From a virus (taxonomy: Duplodnaviria; Caudoviricetes): 37,548 nucleotides of DNA. The stretch covers positions 1 to 37,548 of the IMG/VR virus record IMGVR_UViG_3300037634_003268, one strand, 5' to 3'. The translations under genes were made by a program, and so were the position numbers. The notes under the pieces were generated by a model, which did no database searches, was not told where the DNA came from, and was given only the letters and a program-made list of their open reading frames with translations. Of the stretch, positions 1-9,121 are shown piece after piece; the stretch's first letter is position 1; each line of letters opens with the position of its first letter.

Positions 1-1
1 C

Positions 2-223
2 AAGGAAGGTCCTCTACACTACATATACGGGGATAAACTAAAGTACTTCCCGCCGTTCTATCAAATAGAAGGGTTCTTTGATGATTACGTGGAGAAGCAT
101 GGAGCATCTCCACTACATATAGCAGGAGAACCCTGGTATTGGTTCAAAGAGAAAGTTTACTATTGGTTAGAACCTAAAGGTGGAGTATGGAACAAGATAG
201 CACAATTCATAATCAAATTATAG
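2..223 (+). CDS. hypothetical protein, 5'-truncated by window edge
   Basis: Open frame from base 2 (KEGPLHYIYG...) to TAG at 221-223; not in ORF track because it lacks a start. Confidence 0.5.
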   Translation, partial: KEGPLHYIYGDKLKYFPPFYQIEGFFDDYVEKHGASPLHIAGEPWYWFKEKVYYWLEPKGGVWNKIAQFIIKL

Positions 224-375
224 TTGTTAGATGTGAAGAACGTAAGTGTGACATATGTGGCATAGATATTGCAATAAAAGAAGTTTCATTATGGGAAGAA
301 GGTAAAGAACATTGCAAGGAGTGCATGTATGTTGAAGGATACAGTAAGAGTAAAGATATCATCTGTACTGTCTAG
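187..375 (+). CDS. small hypothetical protein with two CxxC motifs
   Basis: CDIC and CKEC; GGTGGAG just upstream. Confidence 0.4.
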   Translation: MEQDSTIHNQIIVVRCEERKCDICGIDIAIKEVSLWEEGKEHCKECMYVEGYSKSKDIICTV

Positions 376-562
376 GTTTGAAATCAGAAGCGGGGTAATC
401 GTTATAGACGATAAACCTCATAGAGTATTTGAAGATACGGAAGTATTTGAAAAAAGGACAATATGGGTAAGTGGAGCATTACCGTATGAAAGTACAAATG
501 GATACCAATTGCAATTTAAAGGTAACGAAAGAAAGAAAGGAATTAGGGTAAGTCCCAGTTAA
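329..562 (+). CDS. hypothetical protein
   Basis: AGGAG upstream of ATG; 77 aa ORF. Confidence 0.5.
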   Translation: MLKDTVRVKISSVLSRFEIRSGVIVIDDKPHRVFEDTEVFEKRTIWVSGALPYESTNGYQLQFKGNERKKGIRVSPS

Positions 563-637
563 TTTTTGGGTTAAATGCACAATATATTGAGAGCGAAAGC
601 TAAAGGACCATATTATATACTCAATCCTAAGTTTCAT

Positions 638-710
638 GCCCTCGTAGCTCAACTGGAAGAGCACCAAACTTCTAATTTGGATGTTGTAGGTTCGAGTCCT
701 ACCGAGGGTA
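638..710 (+). tRNA. tRNA-Arg(TCT)
   Basis: Acceptor GCCCTCG/CGAGGGT, D arm GCTC/GAGC, anticodon arm CCAAA-CTTCTAA-TTTGG, T arm GTAGG-TTCGAGT-CCTAC. Confidence 0.95.
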
Positions 711-769
711 TATGACAATATATATGGGCGCAGGAATAGTATCACACGGATTGGGACCAGCAAATCCAT

Positions 770-1141
770 GTGGGTGCACAAGCTCATTTGATATGGAATA
801 TAGAATTGATAAATTATATAAAGGAATTTGGATATATAGTTGTAACAATTGTAAATCAAAATGGAGACCATCAGAGTTTGAAACTAACACTTGAACGTGC
901 GATTAAGGCTAACTCGCACACTATAACTATTTGTAGTACTCCAGAAACAGAAACATATACATGCTTCTTACCAGAGACATATAGTGAATTACCTCTTTTT
1001 GCAGTTAAGTCACTGGAAACATGTTACTTAATTTTACTTGATGTTGTTGTTCCCTATATAAATGATTATGGAATGGACAACAATACATATCATACTTTAT
1101 CAATATCTATACAAGAGTGGATGAGAGATGAAGACTTATGA
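770..1141 (+). CDS. hypothetical protein (start uncertain; overlapping 712-894 Cys-rich ORF is an alternative for the 5' part)
   Basis: ORF track; stop overlaps next ATG (ATGA). Confidence 0.4.
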   Translation: MGAQAHLIWNIELINYIKEFGYIVVTIVNQNGDHQSLKLTLERAIKANSHTITICSTPETETYTCFLPETYSELPLFAVKSLETCYLILLDVVVPYINDYGMDNNTYHTLSISIQEWMRDEDL

Positions 1142-1380
1142 GTAGGTCCAGAAGGAAAGAACCATATGTAGGACATTGCGCAGATAGCGATAAACAAGAT
1201 AAACGTAAAGCAAATAGGAAACATAGAAGAGTAATAAAGGAAGCACTAAGGAAAGAAGATCCCGAGACAGTTGAGTTTAAATTACTAAAGGAAGTAAGTA
1301 ATGAATGGGATTTCAGTAAAGATGGTAAACTGAGATATGATCCCGACGATGAGGCATGGGAAAAATACAATAGGAAATAA
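1138..1380 (+). CDS. small Arg/Lys-rich phage hypothetical protein
   Basis: MSRSRRKEP...DKRKANRKHRR; coupled to upstream stop. Confidence 0.75.
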   Translation: MSRSRRKEPYVGHCADSDKQDKRKANRKHRRVIKEALRKEDPETVEFKLLKEVSNEWDFSKDGKLRYDPDDEAWEKYNRK

Positions 1381-1382
1381 GA

Positions 1383-1586
1383 ATGCCAACAAATAGTTTA
1401 ACTTTGCCCGTTTTAACAATAAACGGTATTGAATTATTAAATGGCGGATCAGATGTATCGGTTGACGATATTGTTATTACTAATCCGATGACATTCAGTA
1501 GTTCCGAATTATTGTGGTTTAGACCTGAGCCTTCTCCAACTATATGCATGGGAGGAGACATTGTCACAGTCAAGAAACGGTATTAA
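1383..1586 (+). CDS. 67-aa protein containing a copy of a tail-tube C-terminal segment
   Basis: INGIELLNGGSDVSVDDIVITNPMTF matches tail tube ILGVELLNQGSGVSVDDIVIESQMTF (19/26 identical). Confidence 0.65.
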   Translation: MPTNSLTLPVLTINGIELLNGGSDVSVDDIVITNPMTFSSSELLWFRPEPSPTICMGGDIVTVKKRY

Positions 1587-1743
1587 AATTAAAGTAACCC
1601 AAAATGAAGATTTTTTGTCAGGTATTAGAATTATAGATAAGTCTTACACGTATACTTTTGGTGGTCCAGTAAGAAGAGTGATACCCGCCATAGATATAGA
1701 ATATTTACCTGAGTCACTTCCATTCAAGATCAATCATTTTTGA
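1561..1743 (+). CDS. hypothetical protein
   Basis: GGAGG upstream of TTG; stop overlaps next start. Confidence 0.5.
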   Translation: MSQSRNGIKIKVTQNEDFLSGIRIIDKSYTYTFGGPVRRVIPAIDIEYLPESLPFKINHF

Positions 1744-1937
1744 TAACTGTTAGTTTTGATGATGAGATGATTGAAGAGCAATTTCGAGATTTTCCCGATA
1801 AGATGATATGTATGGATGGTATTATTAGAACCATTCCTGGGAAACCTCATCCTTGGCGCGAATCAATTAGAAAAGCAGCTAAAGAATTTGCTATGCATAA
1901 AGAACAGAAATGGATAGAAGAAAATACTAAACAGTAA
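1740..1937 (+). CDS. hypothetical protein
   Basis: TTGA overlap with the previous ORF; ends just before tRNA. Confidence 0.5.
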   Translation: MITVSFDDEMIEEQFRDFPDKMICMDGIIRTIPGKPHPWRESIRKAAKEFAMHKEQKWIEENTKQ

Positions 1938-1942
1938 CACTT

Positions 1943-2013
1943 GCCCTTATAGTTCAACAGTAGAATAAGAGATTTGTACCCTCTAGATCCTGGTGCGACA
2001 CCTGGTGAGGGCT
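1943..2013 (+). tRNA. tRNA-Thr(TGT), slightly atypical
   Basis: Acceptor GCCCTTA/TGAGGGC, anticodon arm AGAGA-TTTGTAC-CCTCT (A-C mismatch), T loop TGCGACA with T-T mismatch in stem. Confidence 0.7.
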
Positions 2014-2014
2014 T

Positions 2015-2081
2015 GGGACGAACAGAGTAGCTCTCTTTCCGATACCTTGATTATCGGATAGTCCCTTTATCAATCAAGGAG
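2015..2081 (+). ncRNA. HNH-leader RNA motif copy A (three-way junction plus SD-covering pseudoknot)
   Basis: P1 GGGAC/GTCCC, P2 GAG-TAGCT-CTC, P3 TCCGATA/TATCGGA, loop CCTTGAT pairs with ATCAAGG (2073-2079) overlapping SD AGGAG. Confidence 0.8.
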
Positions 2082-2087
2082 ATAAAC

Positions 2088-2132
2088 GTGAAGTATTGTA
2101 AGAAATGTAATGTGGAGGCTTTTCTTGAATAA
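2088..2132 (+). pseudogene. truncated HNH-like N-terminus (MKYCKKCNVEAFLE*)
   Basis: GTG start behind motif copy A; resembles MKCKNCNE and MKQCEYCSE starts of the two HNH genes. Confidence 0.55.
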
Positions 2133-2388
2133 GTTAGTTTGTAGATATACTAAGTCATTACGTAATACACCTTTTGAGCAAGAATTAAAGTTCAGTAATA
2201 GAAAGACTCTTCTCTATAGGTTTCATAAGTACGAAAGTCTCATTGTTGGATTAGTACTCCATGAAACTAATGGATGTGTAACTGCAGAAGGAATACCAGA
2301 AGCACAGAAACTGTTTCTTGCTTCTCCATACGATAAACAAATATGCATATTGAAGAGAGCGTTACTTGCTGTAGATCTCTTGACATAG
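2110..2388 (+). CDS. hypothetical protein
   Basis: 92 aa ORF filling the gap before the glycan operon; weak RBS. Confidence 0.4.
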   Translation: MWRLFLNKLVCRYTKSLRNTPFEQELKFSNRKTLLYRFHKYESLIVGLVLHETNGCVTAEGIPEAQKLFLASPYDKQICILKRALLAVDLLT

Positions 2389-2394
2389 GATAAC

Positions 2395-3258
2395 ATGAGA
2401 ATATTGTTTGTAGGTGTCTTCACAGAAGACAACCGTTCTACTAATGATGGGCAAGCAAGAGGATTAGAACAGAACGGACATGAAGTAATAAGATATAATT
2501 ATAGAATCCGAAAGGACGAACTTGGTTCTCAACAGAGAGATTCTGAAATTATATGTACTGCTGGTTATGGTTTGTGTGACTTAGTTATATTCTCCAAATG
2601 TAACGGAGTCAGTATTGAAGTAATAAGCCAGATAAAAGCAGTTGGTATACCTACTTGCTTGTGGTTTATGGATGCCTACCTTCCTAACCACTGGACAGAA
2701 GAACTCATACTTAAGATGCAGCACTGCACTTATGTATGTTGTGACAAGTACCAAGCCGTTGGTGCTGCGTTAAATTATAATCCACGCACATATCACGTAT
2801 GTGAAGGTTATGATGATGAAATAGACAAACCTTACAACTACAATAGAGATATAGATTGTTCCTTCATTGGTGACCCATATGGAAATAGGGGCGCAATATG
2901 TAGGTTCTACAATATTAACATATTTCAATCCGCATATGGAGAGGAACATGCTAAGGTAGTTAGTAGATCTAAAATCAACCTAAACTTCTGTACAGGGGAC
3001 TGTGCATCAGATAGAGTCTATAAGATTCTTGGTGCAGGTGGACTACTGCTTACAGATGATTGGTATGGTAGATCTTCAGACCTTGAAGATGGCACAGATC
3101 TTGTTATATTTAATAATACATATGAACTTGCTCAGTTGATAAATAAGTATTTGGAAGATGATCATGCTGCACAAATCATAAGAGACAACGGTCACCAGAC
3201 AGTAAAGCAATATACCAGAAAGGAATGGGCAAGGAGGATAATAGAATATGCAAACTAG
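2395..3258 (+). CDS. glycosyltransferase, CgeB-like / GT-B (Glyco_trans_1_2-type C-terminus)
   Basis: MRILFVG N-terminus; SKINLNF...SDRVYKILGAGGLLLTD...IRDNGHQTV...YTRKEWARRI C-terminal pattern. Confidence 0.85.
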   Translation: MRILFVGVFTEDNRSTNDGQARGLEQNGHEVIRYNYRIRKDELGSQQRDSEIICTAGYGLCDLVIFSKCNGVSIEVISQIKAVGIPTCLWFMDAYLPNHWTEELILKMQHCTYVCCDKYQAVGAALNYNPRTYHVCEGYDDEIDKPYNYNRDIDCSFIGDPYGNRGAICRFYNINIFQSAYGEEHAKVVSRSKINLNFCTGDCASDRVYKILGAGGLLLTDDWYGRSSDLEDGTDLVIFNNTYELAQLINKYLEDDHAAQIIRDNGHQTVKQYTRKEWARRIIEYAN

Positions 3259-3937
3259 ATTATATCTTATATTAGCAAATACTAGATCTGGACACCATGG
3301 TATTATTAATTGGATCATGGCACAATTTCCAGGATACATATATCATAAGAATGCGTGGATCTATGATGCTAATCTCGATGAGATGCGATCTGACATGGAG
3401 AGAACTCCAGATGAAAGACATAATAATGGAGAACATAAAGCAGAAATTCGAAACTTTGAAGATTTCGATCTGCATTATTATAAAGACATACGTAGATTGG
3501 TTGAAACATTTAAAGTATGTACAATTATTGTATATAGGGGAGTAAGAAACTGGTTAGCGTCTCAAGTACGTAAGTACTCTATAACAGGAGATTCTGGAGC
3601 TATTAGTGTTAATATTGATGCATATGATCAATTCCTTAAAGAAGTACACGGAGAAACCCATCTTGTTCCAAATAAGCTTTGTATCAGCTTTGATAAGTGG
3701 TTTAGTAACCAGAAGTATAGAGAAGATATTGCAACATTACTTGAATTAGATTTTACTGACAATGGACTTAATGATCTTGGTATTCCTGGAGCTGGAAGCT
3801 CATTCGATGGTTATAAGTTTACAGATAATGCACAACACATGAATGTACTTAATAGACATGAACAAATGAAAGATTATCCCATTTATAATTTCTTTATGAA
3901 GGATGAGAGATTAATGAAGTGGGAAGCTATGGAGTAA
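3248..3937 (+). CDS. sulfotransferase-like (P-loop) protein, paralog 1
   Basis: N-terminal RSGHHGIINW resembles PAPS-binding loop; IIVYR..NWLAS; GSSFDG. Confidence 0.6.
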   Translation: MQTRLYLILANTRSGHHGIINWIMAQFPGYIYHKNAWIYDANLDEMRSDMERTPDERHNNGEHKAEIRNFEDFDLHYYKDIRRLVETFKVCTIIVYRGVRNWLASQVRKYSITGDSGAISVNIDAYDQFLKEVHGETHLVPNKLCISFDKWFSNQKYREDIATLLELDFTDNGLNDLGIPGAGSSFDGYKFTDNAQHMNVLNRHEQMKDYPIYNFFMKDERLMKWEAME

Positions 3938-3939
3938 GA

Positions 3940-4701
3940 ATGTTTAGCATAATAATTGTAACATTTAATAATATAAGATATTTACAACTCTGTATTGATA
4001 GTATAAATAAAAATAGCCATTTCGAAAATCAAATATTTGTACATGTCAATGGCGGAAATGATGGAACTACAGAATGGCTTGAAGAACAAGGAATTCCATT
4101 TACTCATACTGCAGAGAACATAGGACTAACTGCAGCAGCGAATCGTGTAGCTATAAAAGCATTCAACCGTTATGTGTGTCTGATAGATGATGATATGTAT
4201 GTTCTCCCCAATTGGGATAAAGAATTAATTAACTTCAAGAATGAAAATAATCTGAGTAATGAGGATTGGCTCTGCTGCACAGCAATAGAAAGGAATGCTG
4301 GATGTTCGGGATCTCTAAATGGAGATTATGGAGATATAGATACTTTTCATGAAGATGAACTATTAGCCGACTACAGACACATAAAGGCAGTGCCTATGGT
4401 TTGCACTCAACTCACTCCCCTCCTCATAGATCTTGTTACGTGGAAGAAGATAGGTGGCTATGATGAAGACTTTTGGGTCATAGGTGCAGAAGAAGGATTA
4501 GCAATGAGAATGCACAATAATGGATGTCAACATTTCGTCAGTGTACCTAAGAGCTTAGTTTATCATTTTCAATGTATTACATCTGACAAGATGCCTAATA
4601 GACAATTCCATTCTATACGTAGAGAGCAAGTATTTAGTGATAAGTATGGTATGACAACAAAGGATTTTAATGCTATTATAGGAAGAGGAAATAAATGGTA
4701 A
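3940..4701 (+). CDS. glycosyltransferase family 2
   Basis: MFSIIIVTFNN, NGGNDGT, IDDD (DxD), IGGYDEDF, VYH; start reassigned to ATG 3940 behind GGAG. Confidence 0.9.
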   Translation: MFSIIIVTFNNIRYLQLCIDSINKNSHFENQIFVHVNGGNDGTTEWLEEQGIPFTHTAENIGLTAAANRVAIKAFNRYVCLIDDDMYVLPNWDKELINFKNENNLSNEDWLCCTAIERNAGCSGSLNGDYGDIDTFHEDELLADYRHIKAVPMVCTQLTPLLIDLVTWKKIGGYDEDFWVIGAEEGLAMRMHNNGCQHFVSVPKSLVYHFQCITSDKMPNRQFHSIRREQVFSDKYGMTTKDFNAIIGRGNKW

Positions 4702-5438
4702 AGTCGTTTATAGTATATTCTAATAGTAGAAGTGGGCACCATGCAATCATTAATTGGATGGGAAAGCAACTTCCTGGTTATGTTGAACACCATAATAGTT
4801 GCACTAAAGAATTAGAACAAGGAAACTTAGTATCTGATACTGGAAGAATAGAAAAATATAATAATGGTGAAGATAGATATAACATATATAGTTTTGAACA
4901 ATTAGACATGAAACTATTGAGAAAGTTTGATGTTCCATCTATGGTTGAAAGTCCAACCAATATCATAATTATACGAGATATATTGAACTGGGCAGCATCT
5001 CTAACCTTTAAAGTTAAAGATTACAATGTCTTATGGGACCCATATGTAGATAGAGAAGGTAGGATCAGTTCTTCCATGATTAACATCTATAAAGATTTGC
5101 TCATTGAGGCTATAGATCGAACACTATATCCCACGGTAATAGGATACAATAAATGGACCACAGACGAAAACTATAGAAGTAATCTTGCTGGTGAGTTGGG
5201 TATGACATTTACTGATGATGGTTTTGAAGAGATGCCTTCATTCGGAGACGGAAGCAGCTTCTCCTATTTCCAATATGTAAATAAGGCAAGTAGTATGGAT
5301 ACACTTAATAGATGGAAGTATCTACCTGAAGGAGTTATAACAAGAATACTTTCCGATGCTCACCTTTTAGAATTAACCAGAAGCTGTCGTGATCTTATAG
5401 GACCAATTCCATGGATGGAACAAGGAGTACTTACATGA
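4695..5438 (+). CDS. sulfotransferase-like protein, paralog 2
   Basis: RSGHHAIINW, IIIRDILNWAAS, GSSFS; clear paralog of 3248-3937. Confidence 0.6.
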   Translation: MVKSFIVYSNSRSGHHAIINWMGKQLPGYVEHHNSCTKELEQGNLVSDTGRIEKYNNGEDRYNIYSFEQLDMKLLRKFDVPSMVESPTNIIIIRDILNWAASLTFKVKDYNVLWDPYVDREGRISSSMINIYKDLLIEAIDRTLYPTVIGYNKWTTDENYRSNLAGELGMTFTDDGFEEMPSFGDGSSFSYFQYVNKASSMDTLNRWKYLPEGVITRILSDAHLLELTRSCRDLIGPIPWMEQGVLT

Positions 5439-6016
5439 AAGCAATATCCGAACTAGATATACCTTCCTCATATAGACAAAACAAATACTGTAATGTCCTT
5501 GCTGGGATATGTTATACATTAAATCCTGGTAATATAGTTGAGTTTGGAATATTAGAAGGATACTCAACAGATGTATTTCTTAGATCTACTGATGCACAAA
5601 TAGTATCTTACGATTTGTTTGAATCTATTGGAGACTTCCCTGGAAACAGAAGCCAGTTTCATATTATACACGATAGATTTCACGAAGATATAGTTGAAGG
5701 TAGATTAATTTTGAGACCAAAAAGTTTCTATGATGCAGTAGATGATTTCTTGGATAATTCGATAGACTTAATACATATAGATATAGCAAATGATGGAGAT
5801 GTTTATGAGTTTGCTATTAATAATTATATGAGAAAATTAACATCTAATGGAATAATGATTCTTGAAGGAGGATCTCAAGAAAGAGATAATGTAGAATGGA
5901 TGATAAAATATAATAAGAGAAATATAGGCGAAGTAATAAAAAATACTAATGCATTGGTAATAGAATCATTTCCCTCTATTACTATTATGAGGAGAGGATA
6001 TGATACCATTATTTAG
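5435..6016 (+). CDS. class I SAM-dependent methyltransferase (Methyltransf_24-like)
   Basis: IVEFGILEGYST, SYD, IDLIHID, LTSNGIMIL motifs; ATG overlaps upstream TGA. Confidence 0.85.
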   Translation: MKAISELDIPSSYRQNKYCNVLAGICYTLNPGNIVEFGILEGYSTDVFLRSTDAQIVSYDLFESIGDFPGNRSQFHIIHDRFHEDIVEGRLILRPKSFYDAVDDFLDNSIDLIHIDIANDGDVYEFAINNYMRKLTSNGIMILEGGSQERDNVEWMIKYNKRNIGEVIKNTNALVIESFPSITIMRRGYDTII

Positions 6017-7121
6017 AGTATTTATGCATGAAGATGCCGTAGAAGCATCAGTAAAAGTATTGAGATCAGGATATATAGGTCAAGGTCCTGTGGTGGAACA
6101 GTTTGAAAAAGAACTATCTAATTATTTAGATGACAACGTAGTTACCACTAACTCTGCTACTTCCGCTGCACACTTAGCGTTTCATATGACAAAGAACTAC
6201 GATACCCAATATAGAGATGAAGTCCTTTGTACTGCTCTTACATGCACAGCAACTAATTGGCCTGTGCTTGCAAATGGACTAAAAATTAAGTGGGTGGACA
6301 TTGATCCTAATACACTTAATATGGACATAGATGATCTTGCAAGAAAAATAACTAATAAAACTCTAGCAATTAATATAGTTCATTGGGGTGGTTATCCAAT
6401 AGATTATAAGAAGATGTATGAGGCTCTCGATAAAACAGATGATGCAGTTTATAACTATCCTTCTGTAATAGAGGATTGTGCTCATGCCTTTGGTAGTACA
6501 TATGAAGGTTCACCATTATCTAATCAAGGTGGCTACTGTATATACAGTTTCCAAGCAATAAAACACCTTACATGCGGAGATGGTGGTGCTCTTGTACTTC
6601 CACACCTTAGTCATGTAGAAAATGCAAAACTACTCAGATGGTATGGTATAGATAGAAATACTAATAGTAAAGATTTTAGATGCGAAGCAGATATTCGTGA
6701 ATGGGGATTCAAGTTCCACATGAATGACATTAGTGCGTCTATAGGTCTTGCAAATCTTAAACATATTCAAAAAGAAGTTATTGACAAACATAAAGATAAT
6801 GCAGCATATTATTATGAAAAACTACAGGATATAGATGGTATAACTCTTCTTGAAAGAAAAGAAAATAGAGAATCAGCTTATTGGATATTCTCTTTGCTTG
6901 TAGATAGAAAAGCTGATTTCATGAAACATATGGCTGAGTGCAATATAATGGTAAGTCAAGTACATGAAAGAAATGACATACACTCATGTGTATTACAATA
7001 TAAATCAGCACTACCGAATCTAGATGCTACAATAGATAAGGTTATTTCTATTCCAGTGGGTTGGTGGGTAACTAAAGAAGATAGAGAATACATTGTAGAT
7101 TGTATAAAAAAGGGATGGTAA
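6000..7121 (+). CDS. DegT/DnrJ/EryC1/StrS PLP-dependent sugar aminotransferase
   Basis: GPVVEQFE, NSATSA, IEDCAHAFG, SFQAIKHLTCGDGG (catalytic Lys), ISIPV. Confidence 0.95.
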   Translation: MIPLFRVFMHEDAVEASVKVLRSGYIGQGPVVEQFEKELSNYLDDNVVTTNSATSAAHLAFHMTKNYDTQYRDEVLCTALTCTATNWPVLANGLKIKWVDIDPNTLNMDIDDLARKITNKTLAINIVHWGGYPIDYKKMYEALDKTDDAVYNYPSVIEDCAHAFGSTYEGSPLSNQGGYCIYSFQAIKHLTCGDGGALVLPHLSHVENAKLLRWYGIDRNTNSKDFRCEADIREWGFKFHMNDISASIGLANLKHIQKEVIDKHKDNAAYYYEKLQDIDGITLLERKENRESAYWIFSLLVDRKADFMKHMAECNIMVSQVHERNDIHSCVLQYKSALPNLDATIDKVISIPVGWWVTKEDREYIVDCIKKGW

Positions 7122-7859
7122 ATGATAAGTATACTTATTCCCACTTTGGGAAATCTACCATATTTAGATTTATATTGTAGATCTCTGGAAAAACATACAA
7201 CAGTACCATACGAAATAGTTATATGGAACAATGAAGCATCTGAGGATGTTAGAGACTTCTGTAGGTACAACCGCTATAGATACTTTGAATCAGACAATAA
7301 TCTAGGTATAACTAAACCATATAATATAATGGTTGAAGAATGTGCGTATGATATAATCTATTTATCTGACAATGATTTCTATGCACTTCCTGGATGGGAT
7401 GTAATAGCTAAGGAAGCCATAGAAGTGTATTGGAAGAGAGTATGCTTAATAGATCCCAGGATTGAGAAGATGAATAGATCTGTTATAGAAAATTTTGGAA
7501 CAGATCTAGGTTCATTCAGAGAAGCAGAATTAATAATGAAAACAGCTAATGTATCAGTTCCAGATGACGTTCTAGGACCTTATATGCCACCAGTACTCAA
7601 GAAGCAAGACTATATAAGTATTGGTGGGTTCAATGAAGACTTCTTCATTGGAGAACAAGATTTCTTGTGGAGATCTTATACATACTATAATAATGTTGGA
7701 TATACACAATATATAAGTTCTAATAGTTTTATGTATCACTTCGGATCTAAGACACCTAGAAAGTTTCCTGTGGGGGAGAAGAGAAGAGAATATACCTATG
7801 TAACAGAAACATATGGTATTACCCCAATTGAAATGGATAATATTATGGGAATAGTATGA
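7122..7859 (+). CDS. glycosyltransferase family 2
   Basis: MISILIPT, NLGITKPYN, SDND, IGGFNEDF, YHFGSKT. Confidence 0.9.
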   Translation: MISILIPTLGNLPYLDLYCRSLEKHTTVPYEIVIWNNEASEDVRDFCRYNRYRYFESDNNLGITKPYNIMVEECAYDIIYLSDNDFYALPGWDVIAKEAIEVYWKRVCLIDPRIEKMNRSVIENFGTDLGSFREAELIMKTANVSVPDDVLGPYMPPVLKKQDYISIGGFNEDFFIGEQDFLWRSYTYYNNVGYTQYISSNSFMYHFGSKTPRKFPVGEKRREYTYVTETYGITPIEMDNIMGIV

Positions 7860-8278
7860 CCACTATAAATGATGTAGTAAAATTCAAATACGACAGTATG
7901 GCAGATGATAAAATGCTAATTCCGTTAGAATATCCTAAGACAATGCCATTTCCTATAAAACGAATATTCTACGTTCATAGTATACCCGATACTGACAACA
8001 GAGGCAATCATGCTAATATAACATCGGAACAAATAATTATTTGTTTGACTGGTAGAATAAATGTTACTTGTCGCGATGGTATATCTATGCAGCAATGGAG
8101 TCTATGGCAGAATGATGCCATATATGTACCTAAAATGATATGGGATGAAGAGTCATTCTGTACCCCTGAAACTATTATGTTATCGCTAAATAGTACCATC
8201 TATAGTCGCGATTACTATATAGAAGATTTTGATATATTTAAACAACTTAAAAGAACAGACAAAAGTTGGGGATCATAG
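7856..8278 (+). CDS. FdtA/QdtA (WxcM-like) cupin, sugar 3,4-ketoisomerase family
   Basis: PFPIKRIFYV, RGNHAN, QIIICLTG, YVPKMIW, YIEDFDIF. Confidence 0.85.
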   Translation: MTTINDVVKFKYDSMADDKMLIPLEYPKTMPFPIKRIFYVHSIPDTDNRGNHANITSEQIIICLTGRINVTCRDGISMQQWSLWQNDAIYVPKMIWDEESFCTPETIMLSLNSTIYSRDYYIEDFDIFKQLKRTDKSWGS

Positions 8279-8369
8279 TATATCAAAGAAATAAGTACCC
8301 TTTAATTCGTTTATGGGCTATGATTGTTGTAGTTACGTTTATAATAGGTATTATATTTAAGAGAGAACC

Positions 8370-8576
8370 ATGAATCCTCCAATGACTCTACAAGAAAAAA
8401 TCACAAAAGTAATGTATCGCACAGTTAAAAATTGGGATGACGAAGAAGTATTATGCTTGTGGCATAATTGTTGCGATAAAGTGAAAAATGATGGAGAATC
8501 GGATAAAGTAAATGGAATCATTGATGCGTGTTGGAAAATTATTCAAGAAAGAGATCTAATTCCACCTGCGGGGTAA
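8370..8576 (+). CDS. hypothetical protein
   Basis: 68 aa ORF after intergenic gap with TATAAT at 8340-8345. Confidence 0.55.
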   Translation: MNPPMTLQEKITKVMYRTVKNWDDEEVLCLWHNCCDKVKNDGESDKVNGIIDACWKIIQERDLIPPAG

Positions 8577-8588
8577 CGGTGATTATGA

Positions 8589-8924
8589 ATGAACGATATG
8601 GAGGAATTCCTAGACGATTGGGATAAGGATGAAGGATATAGAGATAAGTTAAAAGCAAATGCCCTATGGATAGAAGCATTCAAAAAATCCAAGTTAATAG
8701 ATGCAGAAGATAAATTAACAAGGACAGTAGAATTACTCTATGATGATAAGATGTGGGACGTTATTCATGAGTCTAAAAGAATACAAGCAGAAGCAGAAAA
8801 AGATAGTCTTATAATGGTACCAAGGGAAGAGTGGAGAAGGATAACCAGAATCGTCTGGCTTCTCACTGGACTATTTACATTATTTGGTGGTTTATTCGCA
8901 GCAGCATTCTTCAAGTTGATTTAA
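8589..8924 (+). CDS. hypothetical protein with C-terminal transmembrane helix
   Basis: IVWLLTGLFTLFGGLFAAAFF. Confidence 0.65.
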   Translation: MNDMEEFLDDWDKDEGYRDKLKANALWIEAFKKSKLIDAEDKLTRTVELLYDDKMWDVIHESKRIQAEAEKDSLIMVPREEWRRITRIVWLLTGLFTLFGGLFAAAFFKLI

Positions 8925-8970
8925 GGAGTTATAAATGAAACGGAAATCTGGTAAACAGACAATCAAATAT

Positions 8971-9043
8971 ACCTCCGTAACTCAATGGCTAGAGTAACGG
9001 GCCTTTAACCCGTAGGTCGTCGGTTCGAGTCCGACCGGGGGTA
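8971..9043 (+). tRNA. tRNA-Lys(TTT) with C33
   Basis: ACCTCCG/CGGGGGT acceptor; ACGGG-CCTTTAA-CCCGT; GTCGG-TTCGAGT-CCGAC. Confidence 0.9.
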
Positions 9044-9047
9044 CTAT

Positions 9048-9119
9048 GCCTCCGTAGCTTAGTGGTAAAGCAGGGGATTCTTAATCCCAAGAGCGTTGGT
9101 TCAATCCCAACCGGGGGCA
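9048..9119 (+). tRNA. tRNA-Lys(CTT)
   Basis: GCCTCCG/CGGGGGC acceptor; GGGGA-TTCTTAA-TCCCA; GTTGG-TTCAATC-CCAAC. Confidence 0.9.
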
Positions 9120-9121
9120 CT

